A stretch of 64,000 nt of DNA from the human T2T-CHM13v2.0 reference genome, Homo sapiens. Within the stretch, counting starts at the first letter, position 1. The number at the start of each line of letters is the position of its first letter. A program made the position numbers and the translations under genes. This document shows positions 14,770-28,663 of the stretch, piece by piece. Below the pieces are notes generated by a model. The model did not search any database. It had not been told where the DNA came from and was given only the letters and a program-made list of their open reading frames with translations. The stretch lies in the NCBI RefSeq assembly GCF_009914755.1, contig NC_060930.1; one strand, 5' to 3'.

Positions 14770-15067
14770 TTTTTTTTTTTTTTTTTTAGTTGGAGTCTTG
14801 CTCCGTTGCCCAGGCTGGAGTGCAGGGGCACCATCTCGGCTCACTCCAGGCTCCGCCTCCCGGGTTCATGCCATTCTCCTACCTCAGCCTCTTGAGTAGC
14901 TGGGACTACAGGCGCCCGCCACCACGCCCAGCTAATTTTTTGTATTTTTAGTAGAGAAGGGATTTCACTGTGTTAGCCAGGATGGTCTCGATCTCCTGAC
15001 CTCCTCATCCGTCCACCTCGGCCTCCCAAAGTGCTGGGATTACAGGCGTGAGCCATCGAGCCCGACC
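14770..15067 (-). mobile_element. AluY-like (antisense)
   Basis: gggttcatgccattctcc and gtgttagccaggatggtctcgatctcc; TSD tgtgg(a/g)gtatatgtctt. Confidence 0.93.
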
Positions 15068-16329
15068 GTTGTGGGGTATATGTCTTAATACTGGTAATAT
15101 TAACTTTGATTAGTTGGTTAAGGCGATGTCTGTCAGATTTCTCCACTGTAGTTTCTCCTTTTTTCCTTAGTAATTAATAAATGCCTTACAGGGGAGATAC
15201 TCTGAAACCGTACAGCTATCCTTTCATATTTTTGCTAACTAATTTAGCATTCATTGAATGATTTTTGTTTGCATTGATTTTTACTAATTAAAATTCTTTA
15301 AGGAAGAGCTGTCCCCTTTCCCCCTTGTATTTATTTATTCAGTTATTTATATCAATCTTTTCTTATGGGTTGTAATTCATTACTATCACTATATAAGTAA
15401 AAACTTTTAAGAAAAGTTTCTGAAAAGTTAATACATTGAGATAATTCAAAATTCAGAGACTCGTAAGAGTACATTTTCTTCTATCCCTGTTATCTTGGGT
15501 ACCCGTTTCCATTGCTAAGAGTTTATTTTTATTCTTTCAGAAATATTAAAGGATTGGGAAAAGAGTTGTTAATAATAATTGCTGGATTCTCAGGTATTTC
15601 TTTTTACCTGGATTCTGATGATATCAAACTAACTTGCTGTTGCATCTTCTTCGGATATTCATTAAAATGTTACTTAACTAGTTCGCCATTAGATTTAAAT
15701 TTACATTTCAGTACAGTGACTATTATATATAGATGGGGACTGGCTTCCCCTGAGTATCCTAAGAAACGACATGACCAGAAGACCACATTTTCTATTAAAT
15801 AAATAATAGTTAAATATTAACGTGTAAAAGTAAACAGGTTTAAAAGTAAACTCTTTTTTGGTAAGTTGAAACAAAAGTCAGTTTAAATGAGAAAGGCTGC
15901 CTATCCAATTAAGTAACTGGTTTTTCAAAAGTGAATGAAGGCCCTCCCCACCAAGTCCCCCGCTCTGTTCTGTTCTTTTCAGTGACCTATTTTACTTTCT
16001 GTGTCTACTGGCAGTATCCGTTTATTCATTCAGGATGTCACTTTAGGAACCTAGACCTGGAGTTCATCTACAGAACTGTGTTCTGTTAAAATGGAGTGAA
16101 AGAAAAGGGCTAAAAAGACTTTCTTTCACACGCTATTAAAACAGTGAACATACTGGTCTACACTTATTATAGTACAGCCAGCAATACATCAAAAGGTGGC
16201 TTATTCCATTTTATTTCCATTCTCTAATTACCGTTTCTTAAAATGAATTTTAAGAGTTTCTTATGCCAGGAAATCCTCTATGAAACTCTTAAGTAAAGCT
16301 GGTTAGACTAGCTGTGACTTGGTCCAGTT

Positions 16330-16760
16330 TCTTTTATTTTTTTGATTTACCTTTTCTTTATTTTTATTGATAGATATTTTACATATTTATGAGGTGCACG
16401 TGATTTTTTTTTTTTTTTTTTTTGCTACATACATAGAATGTGTAATGATTAAGTCAGAGTATTTGAGGTCTCCATCACCTTGAGTATTTATTATTTCTGT
16501 ATGTTGGGGATAATTCAAGTTCTCTCTTCTAGCTACTTTGAAATATACAATGTATTAGTTAACTGTAGTCACTCTAATCTGCTGTTGAACAGTAAAATTC
16601 ATACCTTTATCTAATTATATGTTTGTACCTATTAACATACTTCTCTTCATCTCTTCTCCTACTCATCCATCCTTCCCAGCCTCTGGTATCTATAATTCTA
16701 CTCTGCCTTTATGAGCTAACTTTTGTAGCTTCCCTGTATGTGTGATTGAGGACATAACGA
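16330..16760 (-). mobile_element. L1MA-like 3' end
   Basis: acatatttatgaggtgcacgtga...tctcttctagctactttgaaatatacaatg...ccttcccagcctctggta. Confidence 0.7.
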
Positions 16761-17599
16761 TATTTGTTAATTCTTTAATCACTGAGCATTAGTTGTTTTT
16801 TCTTTTTATTTTGAGGGGACAGTAAAAAGGGTATTGTAATATATCCTCCTTCAGATTCTGGTGAAGACCAGTTGAGTCATGTAAAAAATAACTAGATCGC
16901 TTTATTTTTAGAGTTGGGAGGCAATGAATTATAACATCTTTATTATGCTACTGTTTTTATATAGGCAGTCCCATGCTTGCAGTGTTTTGATGTAAGCTTT
17001 TCTGCTTTCTACTCTCCTAATAGGTGATTATTGTAAGAAAAATTTATATAATAACATGAAAGCGAAATAGTCCTCGTAAATTCATCTCCCAGAGATGATT
17101 ACTGTTAATAGTTGTATCTTTTTTGACTTTGTTGTGTCTACCAAAAAAATGTATACTTAAATATAAATTTGATCATACAGTAGAGGTTCTTTTCTATAAC
17201 CCCAGGAACGTGTGTGCAACTTACTGTTAGGTACTTCTGTAATACAGAACTGCTGCTGAGAACAATCAGGAAAATCGAATTAACATTGTTACAAAGTTTT
17301 TGCTGTTTTGTATTTTTGCATGTGAAATTTATCGCCAGTTGTGGACAATTGTTAGTTTTGGTAGTACAAAGAGGAGTTATGATTAATTTAATTTTGTAGT
17401 TTTTGTTTTTGGACTTAGGATTGTGAAGTACAGAGTACAATTTAACCCTTGGAATAAGGTTCCATCTAGGGAATTACTGATAGCTTGGGTTTTTTTTTTT
17501 TTTTTCTTGCCAGTTTGAAAGCAGTTACTTTGAAATTAAATCAGATTTATTTGGTTGTTAGAGTAAGCAAACATATTTCACTTAATAGTCTGTACTCTA

Positions 17600-17915
<316 letters not shown>

Positions 17916-19140
17916 TACTCTAGTAACTTGCTTTTTAATCTAGTTGCTCTCTGTACCTTGTGAACTTGGCCTCTTAAAAAGAGCACAGTGAAGTTAAATT
18001 CCATGGGTGGTTCTCAGCTCAAAAATAACTTTAAAACTTTCTCTGTATTTAGTCAAGCCTTAATTAAAGTTTATTTCTTTTTACAGAAGAGATTGTTGTT
18101 AACCCTAAATTCATAAGGTTACACACCAGCCACCTCTTTATGAAGTGACAGTTCTTCAGTTTTAAATAGATTACTAATATTATTGTTTTAAGATTTAATG
18201 AGTATTATCTAAATAAAAACGAGTAATTTGTTATTAAGACCTAAAATAACTAAATCTTACTTTGCTGTTTGTGTTAGTGAGCTACTTTAATGTCTAGCAA
18301 GAGGTAGGGATTGCAGACAGTGTGGAAATACTGGAGCCTATTTAAGCTTCAGATGAAAGCAGTCATTTTAACTTACCTCATAAAATGTATTTTATGTATA
18401 TCAAATTATGTATGTGTTTATATATACTTGTCGTTTTACTGACAACTAAGATTTTCCATAAGTTAATGGAAAATGTTAAAAAGCACAGTTATGGTCAAAT
18501 GACACAGTGACCTTTTCATTCCTTTATTAGCTCCTGCTCTAGTACAATGATAAGGCAGATTTTGTTGATGGATTCAAATGTACAAAGAAACAGCAGATAG
18601 ATACCCAGTGAAAAAATATATATGTCTATAACATCAGCATTGCAAGTTGAGCAATTGAATCAGCTACCACAACACTAAGTATAAGATGCATTTTATGTGA
18701 GTTTTTCTTCAGTGTTTTAAAACTGTTTTGTTTTTTTACAAATCCTGAAAGTAATTCTTTGGTGCATTTTGGCTTTGAATTTTACTTTTCATTAATATTT
18801 TGTTGCTTATGATTGAGTTAGTAAATAGTTTTCGTGTTTCATTTCCTAATTTTGATTTTCTTAGTTTAAATTTGCTGAAAAATTTCTAAACCAGAAAGTA
18901 ATATAGAGCTGTATTTGATTCTTTGGCTTTCCAACATTGCAGTATTGATTTTATACACAGCCTTAGCTATGTATTTATATATTTTATGAAATGACTGCTC
19001 AATGCTGTAATTTAGATTTCTCACCCCATATTTTTTTATTCTCTTAACAGTTTTTCCTGTTCTTAATTCCAGTGTTCTAGTTTTCCAGTGATTGATCTGT
19101 TAGTTAAATCCAATAATTCATATATATGTAATTGGATTTA

Positions 19141-19587
<447 letters not shown>

Positions 19588-20299
19588 TAGTGGTAATGGA
19601 AAAGCCAAAGACAAACATGAGCTGAGGCTGTTGAAACATGAAACCTAAGAATTACTTTAAAACCTTTTAGTGAAATCCATAGTTGGGTGAATTAAGGGGA
19701 AAGAAAAAAGAATAAAGGTCACATAAAACAGAACTGTGCAGTGACATCGGAGCAGAATTAACTGACAGTTGAGCCTTAGTTTGGAAAAGAAAAAAAATCA
19801 AGATAATTAAAGCAGAGAAATGTGACGAGGCAGTAAGTAGTAACAGGTTTTCAGGCCTAAACAAAAAATAGTTTTCAGCGTAGTGAAATTCGAAAAAAAA
19901 AAAGTAAATTCAAAAAATTGTAGGAAATGGGAGGAGCCTAAATGCTGTAAAGGCAAATACTCCCCAAAGCTGAAAAATGTATATGCTAAATTTGATGGCA
20001 TAACCTGTAGATTCCTAAGCAGATTATTTCCTATTTAAACTGGTGGCTCCAGAAGGAGGTTCTGGTCCCATTGTAGCTTGGGATTTCATCAAGTAGTAGA
20101 TAAAGATGTGCCTGTATTTTGGGATCTGGGCCAAAGAAATCTGTGCTCTATAAAATTACGGTTGGATTCTTGACTCGGAGACTATTCATCCTTAAAGAAT
20201 AAAGAATATCAGCTGATAGATTAATATCAGTCTGCTGAAGGGATATGTGTAGCAGAAAATAACCAGGAAAAAAATTGAAATCTTCTGTTGGTGTCTAAA

Positions 20300-20800
20300 C
20301 AAACAGTTGTGGAATTATGGAATGGTAGAGACTTGTCTTAACACCATTAGCAAAATGTCAGCAGTGTGCTGTGTTTGCCAAGGAAGTAAAGATATTCTTA
20401 AACATCATCACCTCTTAAACAGTGATTATGGATGGGGCAGAGTTTGGGACTAGAATTTGATAGCTTCAGTTGGCTTATCCATTGATCATTATGGAATGTT
20501 GTGTACAGTATAGGGTTTTGCATATTAAAAGGGACCTAGACAGATCAGAGTGCATCTAAACAAGTGGGAGGGTATAAAACCATGTCATTGGTTTAGGGAA
20601 GAGGACACTTAGATATTTTAGAATTTTTCCAATGTTTATGGGGCTGCTGAGTTGTGGCCAATGGTAGAAATTTTAGGAGAGCAGATTTTGGTTTATTAAA
20701 ACAAATTTATAATATTTAAGATCTTTAGAGATGTCTAAAAATTTCTCTTGATACTGGGGATATTTAGATAGAAAATACATGCCTGGGGTTCATGTTGGGA
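20300..20800 (+). mobile_element. Possible L3/CR1 fragment
   Basis: gtcagcagtgtgctgtg...gccaaggaag and ggaatgttgtgtacagt...aaaagggacctagacaga resemble the CR1 3' region. Confidence 0.4.
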
Positions 20801-21882
20801 GATTTTTTGTACTATGCGTGATTAAGCAAACGGTTCTGAACTTCAGTTCTCTGAACAACTGCTGCGGGTTGTTGAAGGTAGTGCAGTTGGTGGTGGGGCA
20901 TTTGAGTGTTGTAATGTTTGATACAGCAAAATAGTGTGTACAGCATATTAGTTATGAAGCATTCCTATGTTTCATGAGAACACCTGTGAAGCTATTACTT
21001 ACAAAAGGACTAAAGCATTTCCCAAACCCGTACTCGTTGCATGTTTCCATAGTAGTTTGGCTATAATTGTATCCTCCTGCTAGGATAACATTCCCAGAAG
21101 CTCTGATTGCCACGACTTACAAATGGAAAGTTTTAAAGACAAAACTTTTAAAAACAGGATTATGGAGAAAAAGAATAAATGGGGCTCTTGCATAGTAAGA
21201 TTGGAAACCAGTGGATTTAGTTCATTCATTGAATAAGTATATGAAGCACAGACACAGAGAGGTTGTAAGAAAGAGACTTGTCTAAAATCACAGTTACTGT
21301 TAGAACTGGAATCAGAACTTGCTCTGACTCGAGTGTTCTGAATAACACCAGAATGCTGATGATTTTCTACTTTTTTCCCCTGTTTATAAAGGTAGTACAT
21401 AGTTGGCCAAACTCAACAGTGAGTAAGATTTTTAAGTCCTTGAGGACTGGAACTATGTCTTAGTTACCTTTTCATTCCCATCATTACTATCTTATACATT
21501 AATTTGTGTTCTGTTATGAAATTGAGTGATATATCTTAGAGACTGAAAAAAATCGTGGTAGAAAGACTTCTTATCTGTCTTCCTTATTAGAATAAGTTAT
21601 TTGAGAGCTGGAACCATGACTTGTTTAACTTTAATGCTCCAGAAACCTAGCTCTTTCTTGCCTTTGTTTACCCCCACCAAGTATTTATTGAGGGCCAGCT
21701 GTGTTCCAGGCACTGTTCAAGGACCTGCGGACACACTGGGTAACAGAATCTCATGGAATTTTGTGTTATTAATCAAGGAATCACATAGGTATTTATAAAA
21801 ATACAACTTAAGTGGTAAATGGCTTGTATCATCTAACCAGATAGATGCTTATATATGAGGACTGTTTGTTTTATACATTTTC

Positions 21883-22180
21883 TTTTTATTTATTTTTTTA
21901 GACAGTTTTTTGCTCTTGTTGCCCGGGCTGGAGTGCAATGGCACCATCTCGGCTCACTGAAATCTCCGCCTCCTGAGTACAAGCGATTCTCCTGCCTCAG
22001 CCTCCTGAGTAGCTGGGATTACAGGCGTCTGCCACCATGCCCAGCTAATTTTTGTATTTTTAGTAGAGACGGGGTTTCACTATGTTGGCTAGGCTGCTCT
22101 TGAACTCCTGACCTCAAGTGGTCTGCCTGCCTTGGCCTCCCAAAGTGCTGGGATTACAGGCATGAGCCACTGCGCCCGGC
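21883..22180 (-). mobile_element. AluSp/Sq-like (antisense), nearest Alu upstream of exon 2
   Basis: tgctcttgttgcccgggctggagtgcaatggc...gccactgcgcccggc. Confidence 0.95.
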
Positions 22181-24400
22181 ACGTTTATTTAATTTTTTAA
22201 TCTAGTCATTTTATCTGAATTTTCTGATAACTTGCAATAGATTCTTTTGTTTTTTTTTTTTCTAAGTTTGATAAATTTGTTTATCTGGAAAATCAGTATT
22301 TTTTCTTCCCTAGATTTATTATATTACTATGGTTACTTATAATAGTAGATTTTTCAATATTGAACTATTCTTGCACTCAGGGTATAAATTCTACTATATC
22401 TTAGTGCATTTTTCTTTTTCTATTTATTTCAGATGTTTGCATCTATATTTTTAAGCAAATTTTATCTATAGTTTTCTTTCATGCTGCTATTCTCAGGCTT
22501 TGATATTAGTGTGGTGCTAACTGCAGTAAGAATAGGTAGTTTCCGAAGAAGATATTTAAATAATAATTATATGGAAAGTGCTTTTTTAGTCCAGAGACCT
22601 GGCTAAAGGATGTATGTGTGATTTTAATTAGATTAAATTTTTCTAATGTCCCTTGGTTAATTACTTGCTGTAATTATGTAAATGATGTAAAGGAGTTTAA
22701 ATTGTTGCTTGGTTGTTGAAAACTTGATTTGAGAATTGCTGTCATATGCTAATTTAAGATAAACACCAAGTTGATACTGGACATTATTAGGAAAGATTTA
22801 ATTATGAAGCTAGAAGTATAAAAAGAACCTTAGGAAATAATAAAATTCTGCCCTTATCATGTAGTCAAATCCAAGGTAATCTCTAGATTTTTGTTGATTT
22901 TATTTGCTATTCAGAGAAAAGCATTTCGTAAGCTTTGACAAACAAATTGTTATTTAAGAGATAAAATTTGTAATATGAATATTGGTATCACTGAAGCAGA
23001 AAATGTATTACAGTGCCTTTTTTAATTGATTAAGATTTTATAACTGAGTAAGAGTACCTTTGATCCTGCCTTTTTGCTGTGTTGGATTTTATTTAACCGA
23101 AACTGATTTAAATAACTAGTTAGAAAAATTAAAGAGTGCCTTCATATTTGATAGTTCCTAAGGAACTATCAATAAATTGAACTTCCCCATGTTTGGAAAG
23201 CATACAAAATACATTTAAAAAATACATTTTATTTTTAAATACTAATGGATGCAAGCCTTTCTCCCAAGGAGGACACAGTCTGTAGGATAGAGAGACATTA
23301 CATCTGCATCTGGCTAACCTTAATAATGACAACCCTTATTGGGCAGTATGTTCCAAAGGACAGGAGCCTGTCTTCTGGTGCATACTAGAAGCTTAATAAT
23401 TTTTGAAAAGATCCATTTTCTTTATGGGACTCGGCTCATTAAAATAGAATTCTCCTACTTTTAAAAAAAATGTCTATGTATATCCAAGAACAGTAATACA
23501 GGTCTTTAAAAACAGGTCATTGATTTTAGGTATTGCTACTTCCTTTTTTATATTTAATATTTCAATCATTAACCCAGTGTAGTTTGATCTGTTACCCTCT
23601 TTCCCTTGAAACTTCTCTGATCACCAGTGGCTTAGTGGTCAAATCCAAGGTACCATCTTTTGCTGTTTATGTTACATTCTTTTGTAGTATTCGATACTGT
23701 TGGTCACCCTGTCCTTGAATCTGTCATTTCTTAGCTTCTATAACACCTCTCTTCTCTAGTTCTCCTGCCTACCTCCATTTCTTCTTGGTTTGGATCTTCT
23801 TTTCCTTACCCCTTCCTTTTTCTCAAGTGGATTCCGTCCTTCTTTCTCCCATTACTTGCTCTAAGACATCTCTTCTGATAGCTTTAACCATTAAATTTGT
23901 ATATGAAACTCAGACTTCTGCTGAACTTGCAGTCTGTTGTCTTTTGAACATCTCTGTTTGGATATTCCAAAGATATCTAAAAATAATGGAAGTGGTCCCG
24001 TTTAAATATCCTTCGGACAAATTAGTTCTGAAGTACAAAAGAGGCTTTGGTATTAGTTTTGTCTGACAGGCATTCTTATAGTTGTTTACTGAAGCTATGA
24101 TTTGGAATGACTGGCCTCGTTTAGACTTGGAAAAATTAGATGAACTAACAAGTCCATATTATACCGGTTAGGAAGGAGCTCGGGCTTTGAAGTTAATTTA
24201 ATAAGATATGTTATTTGATTCGTATAAAAATTGGTTTGTAGTAGAAATTAATTAAGGCTATAGTCTTGTTTAAACATGGGCTTAATCCAGAGAATGATAG
24301 AATAGGCCAGGAGCTCCTTATTTGAGTTTTAATGCTTTATCAATGAAACCCTCCCCTGCCCTCTCTTTTTTCCTCTGGACTAGCAAGAATATTTTTTTTG

Positions 24401-24432
24401 TCTAACACATTTAAAATTTTTACTTTTAACAG
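24401..24432 (+). promoter_or_regulatory. Exon 2 branch point and 3' splice site
   Basis: TCTAAC (yUNAy; A at 24405, 28 nt before the exon) followed by an AT-rich tract and CAG. Confidence 0.6.
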
Positions 24433-24575
24433 AAATTAGCAGAGTACGGAAAGACATGTACAATGACACATTAAATGGCAGTACAGAGAAAAGGAGTGCA
24501 GAATTGCCTGATGCTGTGGGACCTATTGTTCAGTTACAAGAGAAACTTTATGTGCCTGTAAAAGAATACCCAGAT
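24433..24575 (+). CDS. QKI: QKI coding exon 2 (end of QUA1 dimerisation region, linker, start of KH domain)
   Basis: Acceptor ttttaacag|AA at 24431-32 and donor GAT|gtaagt at 24576. Translates (E)[47 protein letters not shown], matching QKI as I recall it (about aa 48-95). 143 nt, phase 1 in, phase 0 out. Confidence 0.98.
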
Positions 24576-24989
24576 GTAAGTATATTTTGTTGTTTTATTC
24601 AATTTTGTTCTGCTTCACATATGTTGGGAAGAGATATATTTGGTGGTAAATACTTAAGCATTATTAGCCACTTTAAAAAAATGCAGTCATCAACTGAAGT
24701 GTGAATAATTTGGCATGATAATTTAAAAAATTTCTCTCTAAATATGTTTGCATTTGATTGCTGCTATGTCACTTTGGAAATGCACATGGTATAGACTCTT
24801 GGGTTTCAAAACTGGATGAGGAATTGTGGAAAGCACTATGGCCTGACTGACACAGAGCACCAAGCACAACATTGCTCATCTTTAATCTGACCTTCAAGAA
24901 GCCACAGCTTGGGCCACAGCATTCTTTCTGTAAAATGAAGGTGTTGGACCATAAGTTTCCTTTCAGCTCTAAAATTTTTATTGAAACCA

Positions 24990-25580
24990 CTGATTGTAAT
25001 CTGATTTTCCCCCATCTTAGTCCATTGTTGAACTATTCTCTATAAGCATCTTGTTGTGAATAGCCTCCTTGTCCTATATCTGTTAATTTCTAAATAAATC
25101 CAGATTCTTTGCTTTTTGTTACAAAGCCCTATATGATACGGTCCATTCTATTTCTCTGGCCTCATCTTAAATGATTTTCCCTCTTCTTTACCACACTGTA
25201 GTCACATTGACCCTCTTTTGGCTTTTAGAATAAGTCAAGTCTATTCCCAGTCTTAGGGACCCCATGTTAGTTGTGCTCTGATCTCTACTGGCTGGCTGCT
25301 TCTTGTCATTAAGAATTTAGCTCAAATGTCACTTCAGAGAGGCTTCCCCTGACCTTTTTATTTAAAAGCCATCTATCTAGCTACTCACTGTTTCACGTTG
25401 TCTTTTTTTTTCTTTGCAATAGCACTTATAATCGGGCATTTTTCTGGTTTATTTTCTCTCTCTCTGTCTCCCCTGAAGAATATAAGGTGTACATAAAATA
25501 AGAACCTTGTCTTTGTTATTCACTGCTGTATCCCTCATAATATTGGCACATAATAGGTAACAATACTTGTTGAATGAACC
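24990..25580 (+). mobile_element. L2 3' end
   Basis: ctcaaatgtcacttcagagaggcttcccctgacc...ttcactgctgtatccc...tggcacataataggt...tgttgaatgaa. Confidence 0.7.
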
Positions 25581-26602
25581 AAGAAAAGATGATGGCTTTT
25601 TGCTAAGTTTCAGAGGACTTTTATGAAAGCAGATGAAAAAAGGAGTTATTATAATATCAAAAATATGATGTGCTCTATGATTCTTTAGTTATATGGACAG
25701 AATACTAGTCTGTAGATGAGAAATGTCTTAAGTTGAATTAATAGGAAAAAGCTTTGATATTTTACAGTTACATTACAATTTGCAAAAATTGATCTGATAC
25801 TTTTTTTTAAAGGTTATATACATTTACTCTGGTTTTATAGGTATTTTTGGTTGCAAATACACAAATAGTCTTGGATAATGTAGGAAAAGAGGAGTTGGTT
25901 GGAAGATTATTGAGTAACACAGAGGATTAAAGGAATAGTTGGAAAACAAAGTGCCATGTTAGGCTAGGAATCAGGGCATCTGAGAACTTGAGCAGCAGGA
26001 GTTTGTGGAGCTTCTCGGTTGAGAGCCTTGCTGACATAACTTGGCATTGGTGCCTCCCAGACTTTATCTTTAAAATTCAGATTCTTAGAAGAGTGAATGT
26101 GTTTTGGGCCTTTCTGACTGGGGAAGTGAGGTTATCTACCATTACCTAGACAGGACCACTGTGAGCCTACCCTAGGTATTAGGATTATTCCTAGAGATGG
26201 GAAATTGTGATTTGGGCAGCTGTTCCAATTGGGGTCTACTGCTGTTAGGTTTTTCACTATCCTGGAAAGGATAGCAACTGTCTGTTTTGCTTATTTAAAC
26301 GTTAAGGGATAATGTTTCTGCAGTGGGCATTAACATAGAATATGTAAGACCACAAGACCTTGATAGAGAATATAATGTTAATCTGTCTGGTTCCATCTCT
26401 TAAAAAAAGAAATCCTATTCAAGGAAGGGGTATTTATGCATTCTTTAAAAGACATGGGTTTCATACAGTCTTCTAAGTCAGGACTTGAGTCTAGAGGGCA
26501 CCTGTTCACTATATTCCTTTCCTTCCTCCTCCAGTTGTGACTTCTTGCCACGGTGAACTACTATTACCGACTGGTGTGTTGGAGCATGGCATTTGTCTTG
26601 AT

Positions 26603-26785
26603 CGGTGATTCTCAAAACACAGTCCTTGGACCATAGTATCTACGCTTTCTGGGAACTGTAAATGTTCAAGCCCCTTTCCATACTTATTGAATCAGAAACT
26701 CTGGGGTAAGGGCGAGGCCTAGCAATTTGCCTGTTAAGCCCTGTAGATAATTCCGATGCATGCTGAAGTATGAGAATCACTCCTC
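26603..26785. mobile_element. MER5A (hAT-Charlie MITE)
   Basis: Terminal gtgattctca/tgagaatcac inverted repeats; tgaatcagaaactctgggg core. Confidence 0.75.
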
Positions 26786-27269
26786 TAATTTTTTTTTTTT
26801 TTTTTGGAGAGGGGACAGGGTCAGCCAGGCTGACAGGTAGGTGATCATGTACCTGGTCATTTTGCCAGGCATCGTTTCAGGAGGCCTGAAACAGTAAGTG
26901 GTGAAGTGATGAATTAAACAGTGTCACTGGTCTTGTGGAGTGGACATTTCAGTGACAAAGACAAACAGTACACAAATGAATCTATAGCTGTAATCAGTGT
27001 TATGGAGAAACATAAAGTGGGGTAGACAGATGAATAGTGACTGTGTATGGAAGGAGGTATTCATTTTTAAGGGTAATCAGGGAAGAAATCTGTTACAATA
27101 TGATGGGAATGGAGAGACAGGAACAGAATGATGGGAGGAAGGCATGAAAACCATCTGGGAGAAAAACATTCTAGGCAGAGTGAACAGCAAGTACAGCTGA
27201 CTCAGGCAGGAATGTGCTTGGGAAGTGTTGTAAGATGTGAGGTTAGAGAGTTAGCACAGGGGCAGTGTC

Positions 27270-27520
27270 ATGCCGTGGTCAAAAGTAGGAACTCAGATTC
27301 AGACTTCTAGCTAGTTTTGCTGCTTGTTTTGTGACTTTGGTACTACACTTGATCTTAACCAAAAGGCCAGGAAGTGATGATGTTTTGTGACTTTAAGCAA
27401 ATTACTTTTCATTCCTGGTGTTCGCTTTTCTCATTTCTGTAATGGAGATATTAAACCTCTCACAAGATTATGAAGACTAAAGAGTTAATATGAGTGAAGC
27501 AGTTGGAAAACATCTTTATG
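27270..27520 (+). mobile_element. MIR hosting the U2 insertion
   Basis: tgtgacttt|aagcaaattactt...ttttctcatttctgtaatggagata core is split by the U2 fragment. Confidence 0.6.
27341..27378 (-). pseudogene. 3'-truncated U2 snRNA retropseudogene (U2 nt 1-38), tail-less, with 14-bp TSD
   Basis: Reverse complement ATCACTTCCTGGCCTTTTGGTTAAGATCAAGTGTAGTA versus U2 5' end ATCGCTTCTCGGCCTTTTGGCTAAGATCAAGTGTAGTA (34/38). Direct repeat tgttttgtgacttt at 27325-27338 and 27381-27394. Confidence 0.93.
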
Positions 27521-28104
27521 CTATGTGTCACAAGCTCTATGAGGGCAGGAATCTTTTTGTCTTTCAGTGCTGTATTTCTAGTGCTTAGAATAGTGTCTGA
27601 TAAATGGTGTATTCACAATAAGTATTTGTTGCACATATTTGTATGAAACTCATTCTTTCAAATATTGTTAAACTTTTCTTTTTCTTTAAACCTGTTGTCT
27701 TTTGCATTTGCACATAGCACCTTACTTACAGAAGTCAGTGTTAAGTTAGAGATGTGTTTTGGACTTGGCAGTGCAGATCTCTGAAACTGATATGAGAAGA
27801 AAGTCTCAGACTCAAGGTCTGAGAAATGAAGTAGTGCTATAGTCTGTAGCCCTTTGCAACGTTTTTGAAGTTTGGCCTCATGATGTGAGAATGAGAGGCT
27901 AATATGAATAGGCCACTGAAAATGTATTAAAATTTTCACAGAATTAATATTTATTAATAAAGCAGACTTCTATTGCATCTCTACTGTGTACCAAGCACAT
28001 CCTAGGTAAGAATATTTAATTCTTTTGAAAAAAACTCTTTGATATAGTAAAGACAATAGGTTTCTTAGTCAGGCCTAGGTTTTGAATTCTGGCTTATCCT
28101 CTTA

Positions 28105-28429
28105 TTGGCTGTATTTGTCAACAGTTGCCACAATAATGCTCCATGATAAAACACTCTAAAACTGGGTGGCTTAAAAATAATAATCATTTATTTCTGTGCT
28201 CATGGGTCTGTATGTTGGCTGAGGGTCTACTGGTTAGGGTGAAGCCTAGCTTGATTGAGGCTAACTGGGTGGGTTTAGATCTTCTCCATTTATGTTCCTG
28301 CTGGGCCCAGGCTAAAGCGGGCAGTGGCTGCTTAGGGCATGCTCTTATGGCAGGCCACTGGAATGCAAGATCCAAGCCAAACTGCATAAGCAGGTATAAG
28401 GCGTCTGCTCTTGTTGCTTTCCATTAGCC
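28105..28429. mobile_element. MLT1-like MaLR LTR fragment
   Basis: cacaataatgct...aaaactgggtggcttaaaaa...catttattt...gctcatgggtctg. Confidence 0.55.
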
Positions 28430-28663
28430 CAGTGATTCTCACCTGGTGGCAGTTTTACCTATGGGGACATTTGGCAATACTAGAGATACTTTTGGTGTCT
28501 AAACTTGGGAGAGGGGGTACTATTGGCATCTAGTGGGTGGAGTCCAGGGATACTGTTAAACATCCTGTAATGCACAGGGCAGTCAGCCTCCGTGCACCTC
28601 CAGCCCCCCAACAAAGAATTACCTGGACCCAAATGTCAGTAGTGCTGAGGTTGAGAAACCCTG
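28430..28663 (+). mobile_element. MER20 (hAT-Charlie)
   Basis: cagtgattctc...ggggacatttggcaat...ggcatctagtgggtggag...gtgctgaggttgagaaaccctg. Confidence 0.9.

Larger units (their letters stand above)
14270..15400 (-). mobile_element. Old L1M 3' region, interrupted by a minisatellite and an AluY
   Basis: ctttattttgaaataaatttagatttaca...catgaccttgacacttttgaagaat...gatttctccactgta, typical of antisense L1MC/ME 3' ends. Confidence 0.6.

Noticed and set aside
24456-24704. 82-aa ORF as a standalone gene or extended exon
   Set aside because: Only the first 40 codons are QKI. A consensus GTAAGT donor lies at 24576 and the rest looks like intron read-through.
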